64,000 nucleotides of DNA, taken from assembly GCA_026026165.1 (NCBI GenBank), contig JAPEUD010000025.1:62001-126000 (forward strand), read 5' to 3'. The stretch comes from Sarea resinae. Taxonomy: Eukaryota. Both the position numbers and the translations under genes were made by a program. The first letter of the stretch is position 1, and the number at the start of each line of letters is the position of its first letter. The notes under the pieces were generated by a model. That model saw nothing but the letters and a program-made list of their open reading frames with translations, was not told the DNA's origin and ran no database searches. This document shows positions 24,822 to 38,522 of the stretch, piece after piece.

Positions 24822-26593
24822 GAAGTAGGGATTGCTGTACGGATTTTGAGGCTGGTTGAAGGGATATGGTTGTTGTGGCTGCTGCTGCTGCTGCTGTTGT
24901 TGCTGCAGCGATTGTTGGGGTTGCTGAGTTTGCTGTAGTTGTTGCTGTTGTGGCTGTGCGAAAGAGTTATTCGTGGAGTATTGAACAGCGTATGGATTGG
25001 AAGGATTTTGATTCTGTTGAGGCTGCTGTTGTGGTTGCTGTGGCTGTTGAGGTTGTTGAGGTTGTTGATGTTGCTGGAATTGCTGCTGCGGCTGGAAGGG
25101 GTTGAAGTTTCCGTTTGCTTGTGAATTTTGCTGCTGCTGCTGCTGCTGCTGCTGAGGTGAAACGTTCGATGAAGCGAAATAACCATATTGCTGGGGTATC
25201 TGAGGAACTGGGGGCGTAAATGACTGTTGATAGGGTACAAATTGAGATTGTTGCTGCTGCCGACGAGGGAAGTCTCCCGTGACATTCGGGAATAACGGTT
25301 GTGGTTGTGTTGCGGCCACTTGGGATAACTGAAGATTCTGGAAAGACTGATCTAGCGGGACGGATGGGAAAGATTGTTGTTGTTGTGATGGTTGTTGTGG
25401 TTGTTGGTTTGGTGCGTCGAATGGATTATATGTTTTAGCGGATGGAGTATTTTGAGACTGCGGCGTCGTCATGTTCTCGAATGGATTCGTATTATTTGCT
25501 TGAGCGCCATTTGTAGGTTTATCAAACGAAATGCCGTTAGTGACTCGGGCAGAGGAAGATGCACGCGCGCGCGTCTGCTGCGCTCCACCCCCCTCCCCTA
25601 GCCTAACTAACGTCTCAATCGACTTGTCAAGGTTCCCATCCAATCCTTTCAATACGGTCGTATTTCGTTTCTCATTCGTAAAGCCCATATCCCGAAGAGC
25701 AGCCAACTTGGACTCAAAACTCTCTCCTGCGCCGAGTGAGGTTCCGAAGACTCTGGACGGTTTATTGACTCGGGGAGGGGGAGGCGAAGGGGGAGCTCCA
25801 AAATCTCTCCTTGTATCTCTGAACCCGTCCGGAGAGCCAGAATGCTTGTTCCGATCATGTCGTGAGAGGGGAAATGTGGATGACGAAGAACGGAGACCAA
25901 AAGCAAAGCGCTTGCCTGGCTTGGGTGGTAATGGAGGAGGTTGCTCTTCCGAGCTCGTGCTTCCAGTGTTGTGACGCATAGTGGTGGACCGTGGTTTGCC
26001 CCCCGAAAACGCTCTCTGTTCGTACTTTTGTCGAATGTATCTCTCCATCGCCGAGTCTACCTCGTCGATATCGATTGGCATCTGAGCTTTGGCATTTTGG
26101 GGGTTGAATTCGAGATTCGATCTGGCGTTGCCGATTCGTTTCATATTCTGAGCATTGTTAGCCTAGTCCTCGGGAGTCTTTTTCGACGACTGACATCGAC
26201 TTGGTCGTTGGTCCAGCTATCCATACTCAGAGACTTGACTCTCGATATGTGCGTCCCAAGCTTTCGATGCAGGGTGGCGCATCGCATGCAGAGAAAGATC
26301 CCCAGCTATTTCCAGGTAGTCAGCACTCTCCGCTGGGCGAGATGGATGGAGAAAATGACGCGAATCGATCGGTGGGAGGAAAATCTGTGAGGTTGACATT
26401 CGACTTACACTCCAGCTGGCCCATCCTGATTTTGCCGTTAGCTTCACACCCTCAGCATCTCTGGTCGACGGGTCCTACCTGGATTCCTGGCCTGGCAATC
26501 CGCGCACCTGTCATTGCCCGGGACCGATTTGATCAAATCCTGCAGCGCTCGCTCGTTGCGCGCCTGCTGGCGTTTACTGATTGTAGACGACAT
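24363..26593 (-). CDS. GTS1: ArfGAP zinc-finger + UBA protein with Gln-rich C-terminus (Gts1/Ucp3-like), 4 exons
   Basis: Exons 26593-26479, 26425-26409, 26305-26195 and 26147-24363. The spliced Zn finger is CADC-x16-CMRC-x4-R, followed by IRQKYE, a UBA-like LRDMGF segment, polyQ tracts and 4 NPF motifs. Confidence 0.9.
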
Positions 26594-28690
26594 GGTCTAG
26601 CCGCCGGTAAAGTGGTGTTTTGTGAGTTGTGGGATCGTCCCTTGTTCTTTGACGACAGCGGCGTGGAGGTAACCTTCCACGCGAGAGCAGGGAGTCTGGC
26701 AAAATCGGCGACTCAACCCAAGACTGTGACGGGTCTGAAAGCAGTCCAAAGAGGCATGATCGTGGGAGAAGAGCAGAGGGCGATGAGAATCTTCATCATG
26801 ATCGGGTCTGTCGGACTCTGGGGGGCGACAGGCACTACTCGAAGTACTACTGCCACCGTCACCATGCGGTTACCACCAGCACGAGTACTCTAGGTCCGTC
26901 TCGAGGGAGAGGGAAAGGAGAAGATCTCGGCCACATCGGACGGAAGATGAGCAAGCAAGAAGAGCAAGTCGCTGTACTTGGGCGCCCTACGAACACCAGG
27001 CTTACGTGTGGGTAGTGGGTACGTGCTACTCTCTCTGTACTGTACGGACCTCCCTACCCAGTCGGTACCTGAGCTGCCCACGAGAGATCCGATCATTCTC
27101 ATTCTCTGACAGGCCCAACACGTGGAGCCATCCAGCGCTCACCGAGATGAAGATGAAGACGAAGAGACTGCACATCTCTACGAACTATCCGCCTGCTCTG
27201 ATGCATTACCCGGTCACTGATATCGAGATGCTTGGACACGGCCGGTTGCCTGACAATATACGACATACGGAGTACGCGCTGATACCGCGGACACCACGGG
27301 CGCTCCACGGCGAGCCCGAGCTAAGCCCGACTTTCTACTGCGGCAAGGCCCCTACTGCGGTACTGGCTCATCCGCTCTCACCTCATCAACAGACGTCCCA
27401 GTATGTGTGGCACGCAGGTGACGTTCGATGCCATGGAACATGCAATAGATGCTCGGCATGAAAGCCTTAGAGCGCCTCGAAGAAATCGGTCTAGAACGGC
27501 AATATGACCGACCAGCCTATGATCCCGTCCGAAGACGGGACAGAATGGCGGTTGATTATGCGTTCACGGTTATGAAAAGTGTATATGGAGAGAAAAGAAG
27601 AAGAGAAGAAAGAGGAGGGAGGAGAACGAAAGGTCGAAAGAGTCGCTCGTTGGGCGGGATTAGTCAGCGTAATCTCCCACCCGTGGGCCTGCAGGTAGCG
27701 GGACCCGTCTGGTGAAGAAAACTTTTGCGACTCTTGGTTTCCTCCATCCTTCTTCACTTTGTTCACTCACCACTCTACGGTGCAGTATCTTCCACGCCCA
27801 ACATCCAGCAGCAACAAGTGAACTTCTTCATCTTGCACTGGCTGTACATAAATCAAATAGAATGCTCCTTCTCACCGTCCAGCGCTTCCTAGATCTCCTA
27901 TCACGCTTCGACAGTTTTCCTTGCTTTACAGCTTCACAGCTTCTCTACCATCGTCACCACGACTTTGCCTACCTCCTAACCTCTCACATGGTCTCGAGGC
28001 ATACTTTTATTTAGTCAGTGGGAGAGCAAAATAGGTTTCTAGCAGGACCGCGTCTTCTCCACCCTGCTGTTCATTGTCCCCGTGGAACAGCAGGACTATT
28101 TCAACAGACGAACATGTATTTTCTCTTTTTCTTGTGGCTGTCTGCGCTACCTACGGATTGGATGCGATGGCAATACGAAATAGTAGTATCGATGTAGTCG
28201 AGACGAAGATGTAGTGCTCGATTGTATCGACAGACGTTGGATGTGGATGCATCCATATGGATACCTACCACGTATGTGAGGTGGGCTTCCATCCGGATGA
28301 CATTATTGCTCTCCATATTACTGTTGTGTGCGTGGCTCCGACTTGCAGGTTCGGAACCGAACACTTCATCATTTGCCCCTCTCCAGTGCAATTGTACTAC
28401 GTACTATGTACTCCGGAGTATTCGTGGCTGTTGATCGATCCAAGCTACTACTAGAATGGCACTGAGCTGACCGGTTTCGTCGACGCCACGCCTTCGCCTT
28501 GGCCGTATCGGTACTTATACGTTAGTAGTAGAGTACCTCCAGGTTCGTACTTTGCTCCCCACCGTGGACCATCCTGATCCCCGTCTGTCCAGGCACCAAT
28601 GATAACCAGGGCACTGGGCAATGACGGCGGAACAAAGTGACCCGTACCTGCTCCGTAGTTTGACGTCAGAACAGGTTTCCAACTGCCCGC

Positions 28691-28735
28691 GATCGTGATG
28701 ATCGTGATGATCGTGATGATCGTGATGATCGCGAT
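28691..28735. repeat. (GATCGTGAT)x4 plus one variant copy
   Basis: Directly visible 9-mer tandem repeat ~160 nt upstream of the C2-protein ATG. Confidence 0.9.
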
Positions 28736-28891
28736 GTCGTCCTTAAAGCTCTGCTGTTGGATGACACCAGCATCCGCGTCGTTCCAGATACGAGTCATTG
28801 TTGCTCTTCCCATACATTCAATCCAGTACTTCTGACCATGTCCTTCCGCAAACTGTGCTTCTAGAATTATAGGCGCGAAATAGAACCAAAG

Positions 28892-31800
28892 ATGTCGGGG
28901 AACGACGACGTCGAAAATGAGTCCAGTCGTCGAACGAACAATGCTCCTTACACGGCAAGACATCCCATCCCCAATATCCAGCGTTATCAAGAGCAGCGGC
29001 AACAACGTAAAGACCAAGAGGTTGGCGGTGATGTATCAGGCCAGGTCGACGACGAGCAGAGCTACAGGCAACAGGCCACTCAATCGGTGAAGAACTACTG
29101 GTATTCAGGACCCCAAGATCAGGACGGTGTCAAAGGTCAGGATGGATCTCAGCAGCCCTATCAGCCGGAGAACCGCAATGACCCGGGCCCAAAGCCCAAT
29201 CGCGACGATGAGGATCGAGGGCAGGGTCAAGGTCAGGATCAAGAGCGACAAGATCAAGGCCAGGATCAAGAGCGACACGATCAAGAAGAGAATGACAAAG
29301 GCAATACACGACAGGCAAAGGACACCTCACAGGCCGTCTCGAGTGAAGTTGATCCCAAAAAGAAGCGCAAAGATTTGAAAGGCAGGAATAGGGACCGAGC
29401 AGAACGGGAAGTCACCGATCCGGTCACCCATCTCCAAGTCGTTATACATGACTCTACCAAGGCCGAACTGAAAAACGTACCGGAGAACCTCCCTCCTGCA
29501 GGCTCCCAACCCAACACTGCCACTGGCTCCAGCGGTAGTGAAAAGAGCCAGAAACAGCTAGACGAGGAAGGCCAGCAGCAGCAGGATGCCCATTCTGGTA
29601 TGGAAAAGTTATTTCCGACGCCAAACCTCGAGCAAGCCAAGGTAGAGCTCATCAGACTATACCGCTTTGCTTTCGGCTTGGGTCTTGGGCTTGTGGTGGC
29701 GGTGATTGTTGGCATACTTGGGATACAATATCTATTCGGCGGTTTCTGGAGATCCAACAACTCAAATTCAGGGTCTGTTTCTTGGGTACTAGGCTCAAGC
29801 GCACTTGCGATTGCATCAGGTCTTGTCGGTGGCATAGTAGTGATTAAGGGTATGCAAGGGTGGGTCGAGAATAAAGTTCAAAATATCTGGGACGATGAGG
29901 TCTGGGAAGGAAATCGACACGATTCAATAACCGACTCCGACGCACCCATTCCTGAATCGGTCCAATGGCTGAATTCCCTTGTGACTTCTATCTGGCCATT
30001 GGTCAATCCGGACTTGTTCACTGGCTTAGCCGATACATTGGAGGTAAGTTGGTATTTTCTATCGATTTCTTTGATCCGTTCAGGCCACGTTCGTAAGATA
30101 CTGGGTCAGCATGGCATAGCACGAAATATGCTGCTGCTTGCTTAAACCTCTGCTGAGACTTGCCTTAGGATGTAATGCAAGCTAGTTTGCCTAGGATGGT
30201 TCGTATGATCAGCGTCGAAGATCTTGGCCAAGGAAGCGAAGCCATTCGTATACTGGGCGTGCGTTGGCTACCGACAGCCGCGGCTTCGAAAGCTGTGTCG
30301 GCTCAAGGCAAACTCCAGTCAGGAAAAAACAAGGACAGTGATCGGAAGGTTGAAGGTGAAGGAGAGGTCGATCATTCCGATGGCGACGATGATAATCAAC
30401 AAATGTCAAGTCAAGACCAAGGCCAGGGTAAGCAGGATGGAGACGGCAAGGGAGGGGATGACCGAGATCAAAACGTTGCAGAAGGGATGGAAGCTGAAGA
30501 TGGAGATTTTGTCAACGTTGAGATTGCTTTTGCCTACAGGGCAAGATCAGCCGGCAGGAGTCTTCGGACGAAGGCAAAAAACGCTCACATATTCCTGGCC
30601 TTCTATCTACCAGGCAACCTCCGATTTCGTAAGTAGCAACTTAGCCACGGGCAAATCAATACGTTTCGAAGAGGTGAAATGCTAACTTCTCCAGCTATTT
30701 GGGTTGAGTTGCGAGGTATGGTCGGTACGATCAGACTACGATTGCAATTAACTCCTGATCCACCCTTTTTCGCACTCTGTACCATGACCTTCTTGGGACA
30801 GCCAAAAGTCGACCTATCTTGCGTTCCGCTGACCAAACATGGATTGAATATAATGGACGTTCCATTAATCTCTGGCTTTGTGCAGAGCTCGGTTGATGCT
30901 GCCATGGCCGAGTACGTGGCTCCTAAAAGCTTGACTTTGGATCTGAAAGACATGCTTGTTGGCGACGACTTCAAGAAAGACACCAACACGAGAGGAGTCA
31001 TAGTGGTGAGAATAATACGATCCTCGGCCTTCAAAGAAGGAGATCCTGGATTCGCGGGATTGAAGAAAGGCTCGTCCGACCCCTATGTCTCAGTCGGATG
31101 GGCTAAATTTGGCAAGCCTGTGTGGTCTACTAGGGTTATAGTGTCGGAAATGGAACCATCCTGGGATGAGACCTGTTTCGTCCTGGTTGGCCCCGAAGAA
31201 TTGAATGCAAAGGAGCGACTTCGACTGCAACTTTGGGATTCGGATCGGAGCACAGCCGATGATGACCTCGGCAGGATAGAAGTGGACCTCAAAGAGATCA
31301 TGACAAGCAAACACTCGAACGGGAGAATGTGGGCGAGGGAGGACGGCTTCCTGGCTCTAGAGGGCGATGAGACGATGCCCGGTACTCTGCACTGGGAGGT
31401 TGGGTATTACTCCAAAACAAGACTTCAACCATGCCAATTCGAGAAGCAAACTGAAGCTCCTGATATCAAGAATATGGATCAGCTCAAGAGTTTTGTTAGT
31501 AAGGAAGCAGAGACGAAGTTGCGCGAGGCAACCACGAAAGATGAATCATTCGAACTCGACCAGCAAAAGGCTCAAGGCCTCAAGGTAAGTCCGGCGTTAC
31601 TATCATGTCGTCAATTGCTTATCACATATTACAGGCACGAGAAGACAGGATGATCGTCACTTCGCCGCCGCCGGATGACTATCCTAGTGGCATATTTTCG
31701 ATCCAGATACATCAGATTACTGGTTTAGAATTCGAAAAGATCAAAAAGAACAAAGGAAAAGCCGATGATGATAACGATAACGACATTCCAAGTGACGGTG

Positions 31801-33334
31801 ATCTTCCAGATAGCTACTGCACTGTCATACTCAACCATCAAAAGATATTCAAGACAAGGACAAAGCCGAAGAACTCACAGCCTTTTGTAAGAACAACCTT
31901 CCCGGGATCAGCTATTGATGTCAGACCAAATCTAACAATATTACAGTTCAATGCGGGTACTGAACGCTTCGTTCGCGATTGGAAGTCGGCAGAGGTCATT
32001 CTAGCAGTCTCAGACTCTCGAGTGCATGAGGAAGATCCTCTACTCGGAGTCGTGACCATATCATTAGGACATGCCTTCAAAGAGCGATCTCAAGTCAATG
32101 ACTTCTTTCCCTTGGCAGGCGGAATTGGTAAATTTAGTCTCGGTCCTAGCATTTGGAAAGCCCCACTAATATCAACAGGCTATGGTCGTGCCCGTATCTC
32201 AATGGTCTGGCGCTCCGTCCAACTACAAGCTCCTAAGGAACTCCTTGGCTGGGACTACGGCACGATTGAAGTCACGGCACCGATCAAGGCTATAAAGCTC
32301 CCCGATAACCTGCAAGGCCTCCGTCTCAAGCTCCACACTCCCGCTGGGAAATGCAAAATGCACAGTTCAGATGAGGGCTGGACAGGGAAACACGGTCGCC
32401 CAGTTCGGCTCGCGGTTCGCAGACGCTATCGCGCATGTATAGTCTTCGAGTTCCGCCGCAATGCGCCGGGACCGGACACCACGCCCGCCTTTGCCATTTT
32501 CTGGCTCAAGGACATCCCTGACAACGAACAGCGAACCGTCACTTTGTCCGTCTGGAAGAAGAACTCCAATGTTCTAAAACGCGCAGAGACCAATTGCATC
32601 GCTGAAGAAGAATTCGGGGACACAGAAAAGCTGGGCGAGATCTCCGTGCCGCTGAAATTCTGGCCAGGACTGGGTGACTACCACAAACGTCTCGCTTCTC
32701 GCGATCAGAACATCAAGGATGTCTGGGAAGTCCTGGCCTGTGCCGACGGGCACGAAGACGACAACAACGGCGACGATGAGAGTGGATCTGAAGACGATGG
32801 CGATGATGATGACGACAGTGATGATTCTCATGACAACGAAAACGGAAAGAGAGATGGGGTGGACGGCGACGGTGGGGTCGGCAAGGGATCGAAGGCCAAT
32901 AATGACGGTGACGAAGACGTAAGCCGGAAGAGAGACAATTCTCTCTCGTCAAGCGGCCACAGGGGCGTGATTGACCAGATCAAGGATTACAGACAGCATC
33001 GCGAACAACTACATCGGCATCATAGGGGTGCTATGCAATGGCGTGTATGTTATTCCCCCTTTCCCTTTTTGTTCTATTATCTACCCGACCATATATCCTC
33101 CCTCCCCCCTCCCCGCCTGCATCCTCAACGCAGAATAATCCAGCACAAAAGGGAGATTTTCATCATCAATTTTCTCGGTGGGTGATCAGTAGGCTAACGT
33201 GAATTTCATCGTTCTCTCTATAGGGACCTCGAACCTTGCACTGGGCCAAAGTAAGAGCCGAACACATGGGAAATGCTGTATCGAGTAAATTCCGCCACCG
33301 CGAACGCGATCCAGGGATCGAGACTGAGATTTGA
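28892..33334 (+). CDS. Membrane-anchored SMP + C2-domain protein (tricalbin-related, Mug190-like), 7 exons
   Basis: Exons 28892-30043, 30169-30628, 30695-31584, 31635-31886, 31947-32127, 32179-33044 and 33224-33334. Two TM helices, an SMP-type start (ESVQWLNSL), C2 motifs (SSDPYVSV, LWDSDRSTADDDLGRIEV, PDSYCTVILNHQK) and a C-terminus PGIETEI. Confidence 0.88.
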
Positions 33335-34827
33335 TGGAGCGATGGAAGCCAACGGAAGTTGGTGTGATGACTGTTTTCTAAATTGCATTGGGGTGCGATG
33401 TTTCTGAACGATTGAGATGATAGAGAAGCGAGATTTGGATGGCTGGACGGATTATCCGTGTATGATGGCCGTGAGGCGGCTAGGTACAGGTACCTCGGGC
33501 TTTGGTTGTTCCATCGCTGCACAGATGAGACTGTCGAAGGCTCGCAGCTGGATGGGTGATGCCTCTCTCCGACTCAGGTGTTTCCATTGTATCATATTCC
33601 CGCTGGCTGAAGCGTATCTATCTACTCCTATCTTACTTACTACATAGACGTTGGCATGGAGCTGCAACTTTGTACCTGCATCACACATGAGCCTCGACTC
33701 CAAGCCGGTCCCTCCCTCTGCTCATGCATGGTGTGTACTCCGTACGTCAACAAAGTGATTCAGCACTGGCGGCCTTCGCCGTCGTGCTGAGTAAGGTCGT
33801 CGGCAGCCGATGATTCAGCCTCGGCCATCTAGAATCTGGGGTTCGCTGGCAGGTAGCGGTACCCCGTCGCACCGCCTTGATGGTCGTAGGGGCGTGGTAG
33901 CAGGTACATGGGCGATCATGGTCGCGCGGCTTCATTGGACCGAGTCATCCGAGCTATCCGCCCTTTGATTGGCGCAAAGGGGCCCGCTGCGGTGCCGATG
34001 ATGACCCGATTGAGTAAGAGGTTGCGGGTCTCCGGGCAGGGCATTTGGCTGCCGGCCGTGGGACTTCCTCCGCATTGATATTCCCAAAAAGCAAGTGAAT
34101 CCATTGAAACAAGCAGCGGCTGCGTCTTTCTGAGAACGACGAGAGGAAGACGGCCCTGGTGAAGAGACATTCTCTTCAATGCCATGAATGCCTGTCGCAT
34201 CCCCGATATGAGGCTACATAGTAAAAAAAGTACTCCGTATCGGAGACCTCGAGGCAGCAAGACAGCAAGACAGCAAGACAACGGGACTCCGCACTACTAC
34301 ATACCTGACTCTACTTGCGCGACAGGGTCCAATTGTGCCGAGATGCATGTGTCATGGAGGTCACCATCTGTCCGATCGTCGCTCCATCCATAGCCAACCC
34401 TGGATCTCCCCTCTCCCCTCTCATGCCTGGACCCCTCTTGGCCCTTGCCTTTCCGCTCCTCTCCTCTGCTCTCCTCTCCTCTCCTCCACTCCACTCCACG
34501 CTCCACGCCATTCCCTTGCCTTCCCTTCCTCCTCGCCGATCTGCCCGAGTAGACCCGTCCTTAGTAGTACGCGTAAAGAATACATATTGAGAGTAGACCG
34601 GAACACCATTGCCTGTGAGACGAAGCTTATTACACACCGTCTTACACACCTTCCGCTCCCCCTTACCATAGCTGATCCTTCTGGACCCTTCGACGACGAC
34701 CGGTGGACTCTTTTTGCTTTCTGTCATCGAGCTTTTGCCTCTTCATACATACAGACGTACATACATAAAGAAGACCTATCGCGTCCACTGACGCCTCAAT
34801 TGCCGTGAAAACCTGATATCGTTCGTC

Positions 34828-36081
34828 ATGGCTACTGCAGCTCGGACCTTCACCCGCAGCGCTCTGCGCTCAACGCCGGCAACTTCGGGCCTCAAGACCG
34901 CCGCCTGCCGCAATGCCCGTTTCGCCATTCCCCGCCAGGCCTTCCGATCATCTCGACGTGGCTACGCCGACGACGCCTCGCCCAAGTCCAGCAGCAACAC
35001 CGGCCTCTTCGTTGGGGTCGGTCTCGCCGCTGCCGCGGGTGCGGGCTATTACCTCTACACTACACAGGGCGTCAAGTCCTCGAGCGACGGCAAGGACGGT
35101 GGCGTCTTCGTGCCCAAGAAGGAAGACTACCAGGCCGTATACAACGAGGTGGCCAACAGGTTGGAGGAGAAGGACGACTATGACGACGGCAGCTACGGTC
35201 CCGTCCTCTTGAGACTGGCGTGGCATTGCAGCGGCACGTAAGTCATTCGCTCCTTTAACCGTACGTTCGTTGGATTGACAATGCTCTAGCTACGACAAGG
35301 AGACCGGCACTGGAGGCTCCAATGGTGCAACCATGCGCTTCGCCCCTGAAAGTGACCACGGCGCCAACGCTGGCCTCAAAGCCGCCCGGGACTTCCTCGA
35401 GCCTGTCAAAGGTACCGTCCTCATCTTTCTCTCTTGTGAAATCTTTTTCCTTCTGAAAACATCCGATTCTAACTGTACTGTCCTAATCCAGAAAAATTCC
35501 CCTGGATAACTTACTCTGATCTCTGGACGCTGGCGGGCGTCTGTGCGGTGCAAGAAATGCAAGGACCCGAGATCCCCTGGCGCCCAGGCCGCACCGACCG
35601 CGACGTGGCGGCGTGCACGCCCGACGGCCGGCTCCCGGACGGCGACAAGGAGCAGAACCATCTCCGCGCCATCTTCCACCGCATGGGCTTCGACGACCGC
35701 GAGATCGTGGCGCTGTCGGGCGCGCACGCGCTGGGCCGCTGCCACACGACGCGCTCGGGCTTCGACGGGCCGTGGACGTTCTCGCCCACGGTACTGACCA
35801 ACGACTACTACCGGCTGCTGCTGGAGGAGAAGTGGCACTGGCGCAAGTGGAACGGCCCCAAGCAGTACGAGGACAACGGCACCAAGTCGCTGATGATGCT
35901 GCCGACCGACATGGCCCTGGTCAAGGACAAGGAGTTCAAGAAGCACGTCCAGCGCTACGCCAAGGACAACGACGTCTTCTTCAACGAGTTCCGCGATGCC
36001 GTCGTCAAGCTGTTCGAGCTCGGCGTGCCCTTCACCTCGTCCGAGGACAGCCGCTTCACCTTCAAGCCTCTGTCAGAGTAA
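34828..36081 (+). CDS. CCP1: Mitochondrial cytochrome c peroxidase, 3 exons
   Basis: Exons 34828-35237, 35290-35411 and 35492-36081. Arg-rich presequence plus a hydrophobic sorting helix, distal RLAWH, proximal [13 protein letters not shown] and LMMLPTD. Confidence 0.97.
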
Positions 36082-36115
36082 AAAATCTTTTACAAGCGCC
36101 CGTGTCAGAGATTGC

Positions 36116-36121
<6 letters not shown>

Positions 36122-36154
<33 letters not shown>
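36122..36154. repeat. (AG)16 microsatellite in the CCP1 3' region
   Basis: Perfect dinucleotide run. Confidence 0.97.
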
Positions 36155-36158
<4 letters not shown>

Positions 36159-37059
36159 CAAAGAGGGCGGAGAGGAGAGGAGATGACAGGGCAAGGGGCA
36201 CGGCAGTTGCATGATTAGAGTTTTTTTCCCTCCATCCGTTCTGCTCTGGAATCGAGACCACAAGACCACAAGACAAGACCGCAAGACAAAGACCTAGATT
36301 TCCTTCCCTCTGATCCCCATTTCTTTTCTTTTCCTTTTTCTCTTTTTCTCTCCCGGCCATCTATCTTCCGATTATTCCAAAGGCGCGAGCGCGTCTTTTG
36401 CTTTTCGTGCCTCTCTTCTCCCTTTGCCCTCCTCCGCCTTCCCTTCCTCCCCTTTCTTTGCCCTTGGTTTTCCTTTCTCATGTACGTTACCATTTTCCTC
36501 CTGAAGTCTTCCTCTAGATATCTACCTACCTAGTCACTCGGTCTGGGGGTCTTTCCGGCATCCCTTTTCCAATCCAAGTCACGTTTTCTTGTTTCGCACG
36601 AGAGACCTAGACCTAGACATAGACAGTTCAGGTGTGTGGCATAACCAGTGAAGTACCGAGCTACAAAGACAGACAGAACCGACGATGAGAGGACAGATTC
36701 ACCATCTTGGACTCTTTGTTTTTTTTTGGGTGGGGGGGGGGGCGCGGTCAGGTACAGTAAATAGGCCAAGCCGATCCTACGTGCGCCATCCCACAAAGAC
36801 TACTATATTACAACCCGGCTTGTCCGGGTTATGCCTACTTAGTATTTGCCTACTATAATATAGCGTAGCGCTCCTCACATTTGGATGCTGTATACTTCTT
36901 GGAAGCTAGCTAGCTAGCTAGATCATCTCTGCAAGCTCTCGGTCTGATTGAGCGCGTTTTCTTTTTGGGTCGTTCGATTAGGATACAGATGGATATTTGA
37001 AGCAGAAAAGACAACAGACACCCCCATCTCACACCAGAGATTTCTTATGGGCTGTGTGA

Positions 37060-37118
37060 CCTGTAACCTGTAGCCCGTAACCCGTAACTGTAGCCCGTAG
37101 CCCGTAGCCCATAGCTGT
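37060..37118. repeat. Degenerate (YGTARCC)n heptamer-like tandem repeat
   Basis: Units such as ctgtaac, ctgtagc, ccgtaac and ccgtagc in tandem. Confidence 0.75.
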
Positions 37119-38522
37119 ATCCCACCATCCCATCTTAAGCTCAAGTATATCAACAATAGAAGACCACCTTTCGTGGCGCTTACCGCCCCAAAGTAGTTTG
37201 CCAGGCGCAGTAGCAAAATAAAGGTGTTTTCTTATGCCTTGGCCTGATAGCCGCTGCACCCCCCCACAATAGATGGTTTTACTACCGCCACCTCCTCCAT
37301 CCATATTGACCAAGCTGCACCATTTCCATCTACCATCTGGACCTCGACAATAAGGGCTTCGTAGGATGACATACTACCATTGGCGCGAATGATTGCCCCT
37401 CGGTCCCCTTTGGCCCAGATAGCGACTATGGTCGCCAAGAAAAAGCAGATCAGTATCCAGTGTGCTGAAGATGTCCGATCCAGTGTCATTGACACATGAC
37501 ATTCTGAAAGTGGTTCCATCACCACCTAATGAAGGCGAATATCGTACAAGCAATTTGCAGCCGAAGAAACAACAAGGAGCGCAAACGAGTTGAAAGATTA
37601 GGATCTTTGCCTCATGTGTTGTTCTCACAGGGCCTATCTATGCCAGGACCATATGTGCTCTCGGCTGAGAGTTGGGATACATGGTCCCCTACTAACATTT
37701 AAATGAAAAGCTTATTAGAACTTTTCTTCTTTCCCGAGGTAAGCAAGTTTGGAATATATGCTCGTGTGTTACCTCATCCCAGCCAGGAAAAGACAGTCGG
37801 TTGCCTTTCAGCGATTTCCTCATCTTGTGAGGTGAGGATTAGGAGCGCTGCGCTGCTATATAGTAGGCAAATACCTAGGCATAATCCGGATGAGCCACGT
37901 TATAGAGTAGTCCTTTTGTCGCGCACCTAGGAACAGGTTTGCCTATTATTGACTCCGTATTGGACCTGACACATGGATCTGCGACTAAATTTTCCCGTTT
38001 TGTATAAATACACGATAGATTTCGTCATAGCTTTCCTTTTCGTAGAATTCTATCGCGGTTTGAATATTGAAAGTGTTGCTGCACAGGCAAACACTCCAGG
38101 CGCCATGATAGAGGAAAATCAGTAGCTGTGGATGATGTTCAAATACGCAATGGTGGTGGTAATTCGTTGCATGTTTACGTTGAACGGCTGTCACACAAGA
38201 GAATTGAGTTTAACTTGATCGATTGATTCTAGCAGGGATGGATGAATGCATGATGATGATTCTACAAAGAGAGCAACGTTCCGACGTGGTTATATGCTCG
38301 TTAAGCGAGAGTCATGTGACCACATTTCCTCCCATACCGACTCGCTCACAACGTTTGGGGGGTATCACGTTTCATGATAAAGAGAGGACAAGGGAAGAGG
38401 GAAGAGGGAAAAGGGCACAAGCCTTTTCCATACTCGATCGTGATTCGTATCTCGTGGCTCATCTTGGCTAGCTCAGGAAGTACTTTGATTATCCGCCTTG
38501 ACGGCTGAGCCAGCCCACCACA

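Noticed and set aside
35290..35946. Long antisense or alternative-frame ORFs over CCP1 (also over OAT, APE2, DED1 and SmB)
   Set aside because: Shadow ORFs explained by the codon bias of the real genes.
36800..38500. AT-richer intergenic stretch with small palindromes and short ORFs; possible LTR or TE remnant
   Set aside because: No paired LTRs/TIRs, target-site duplication or TE protein motif could be identified.
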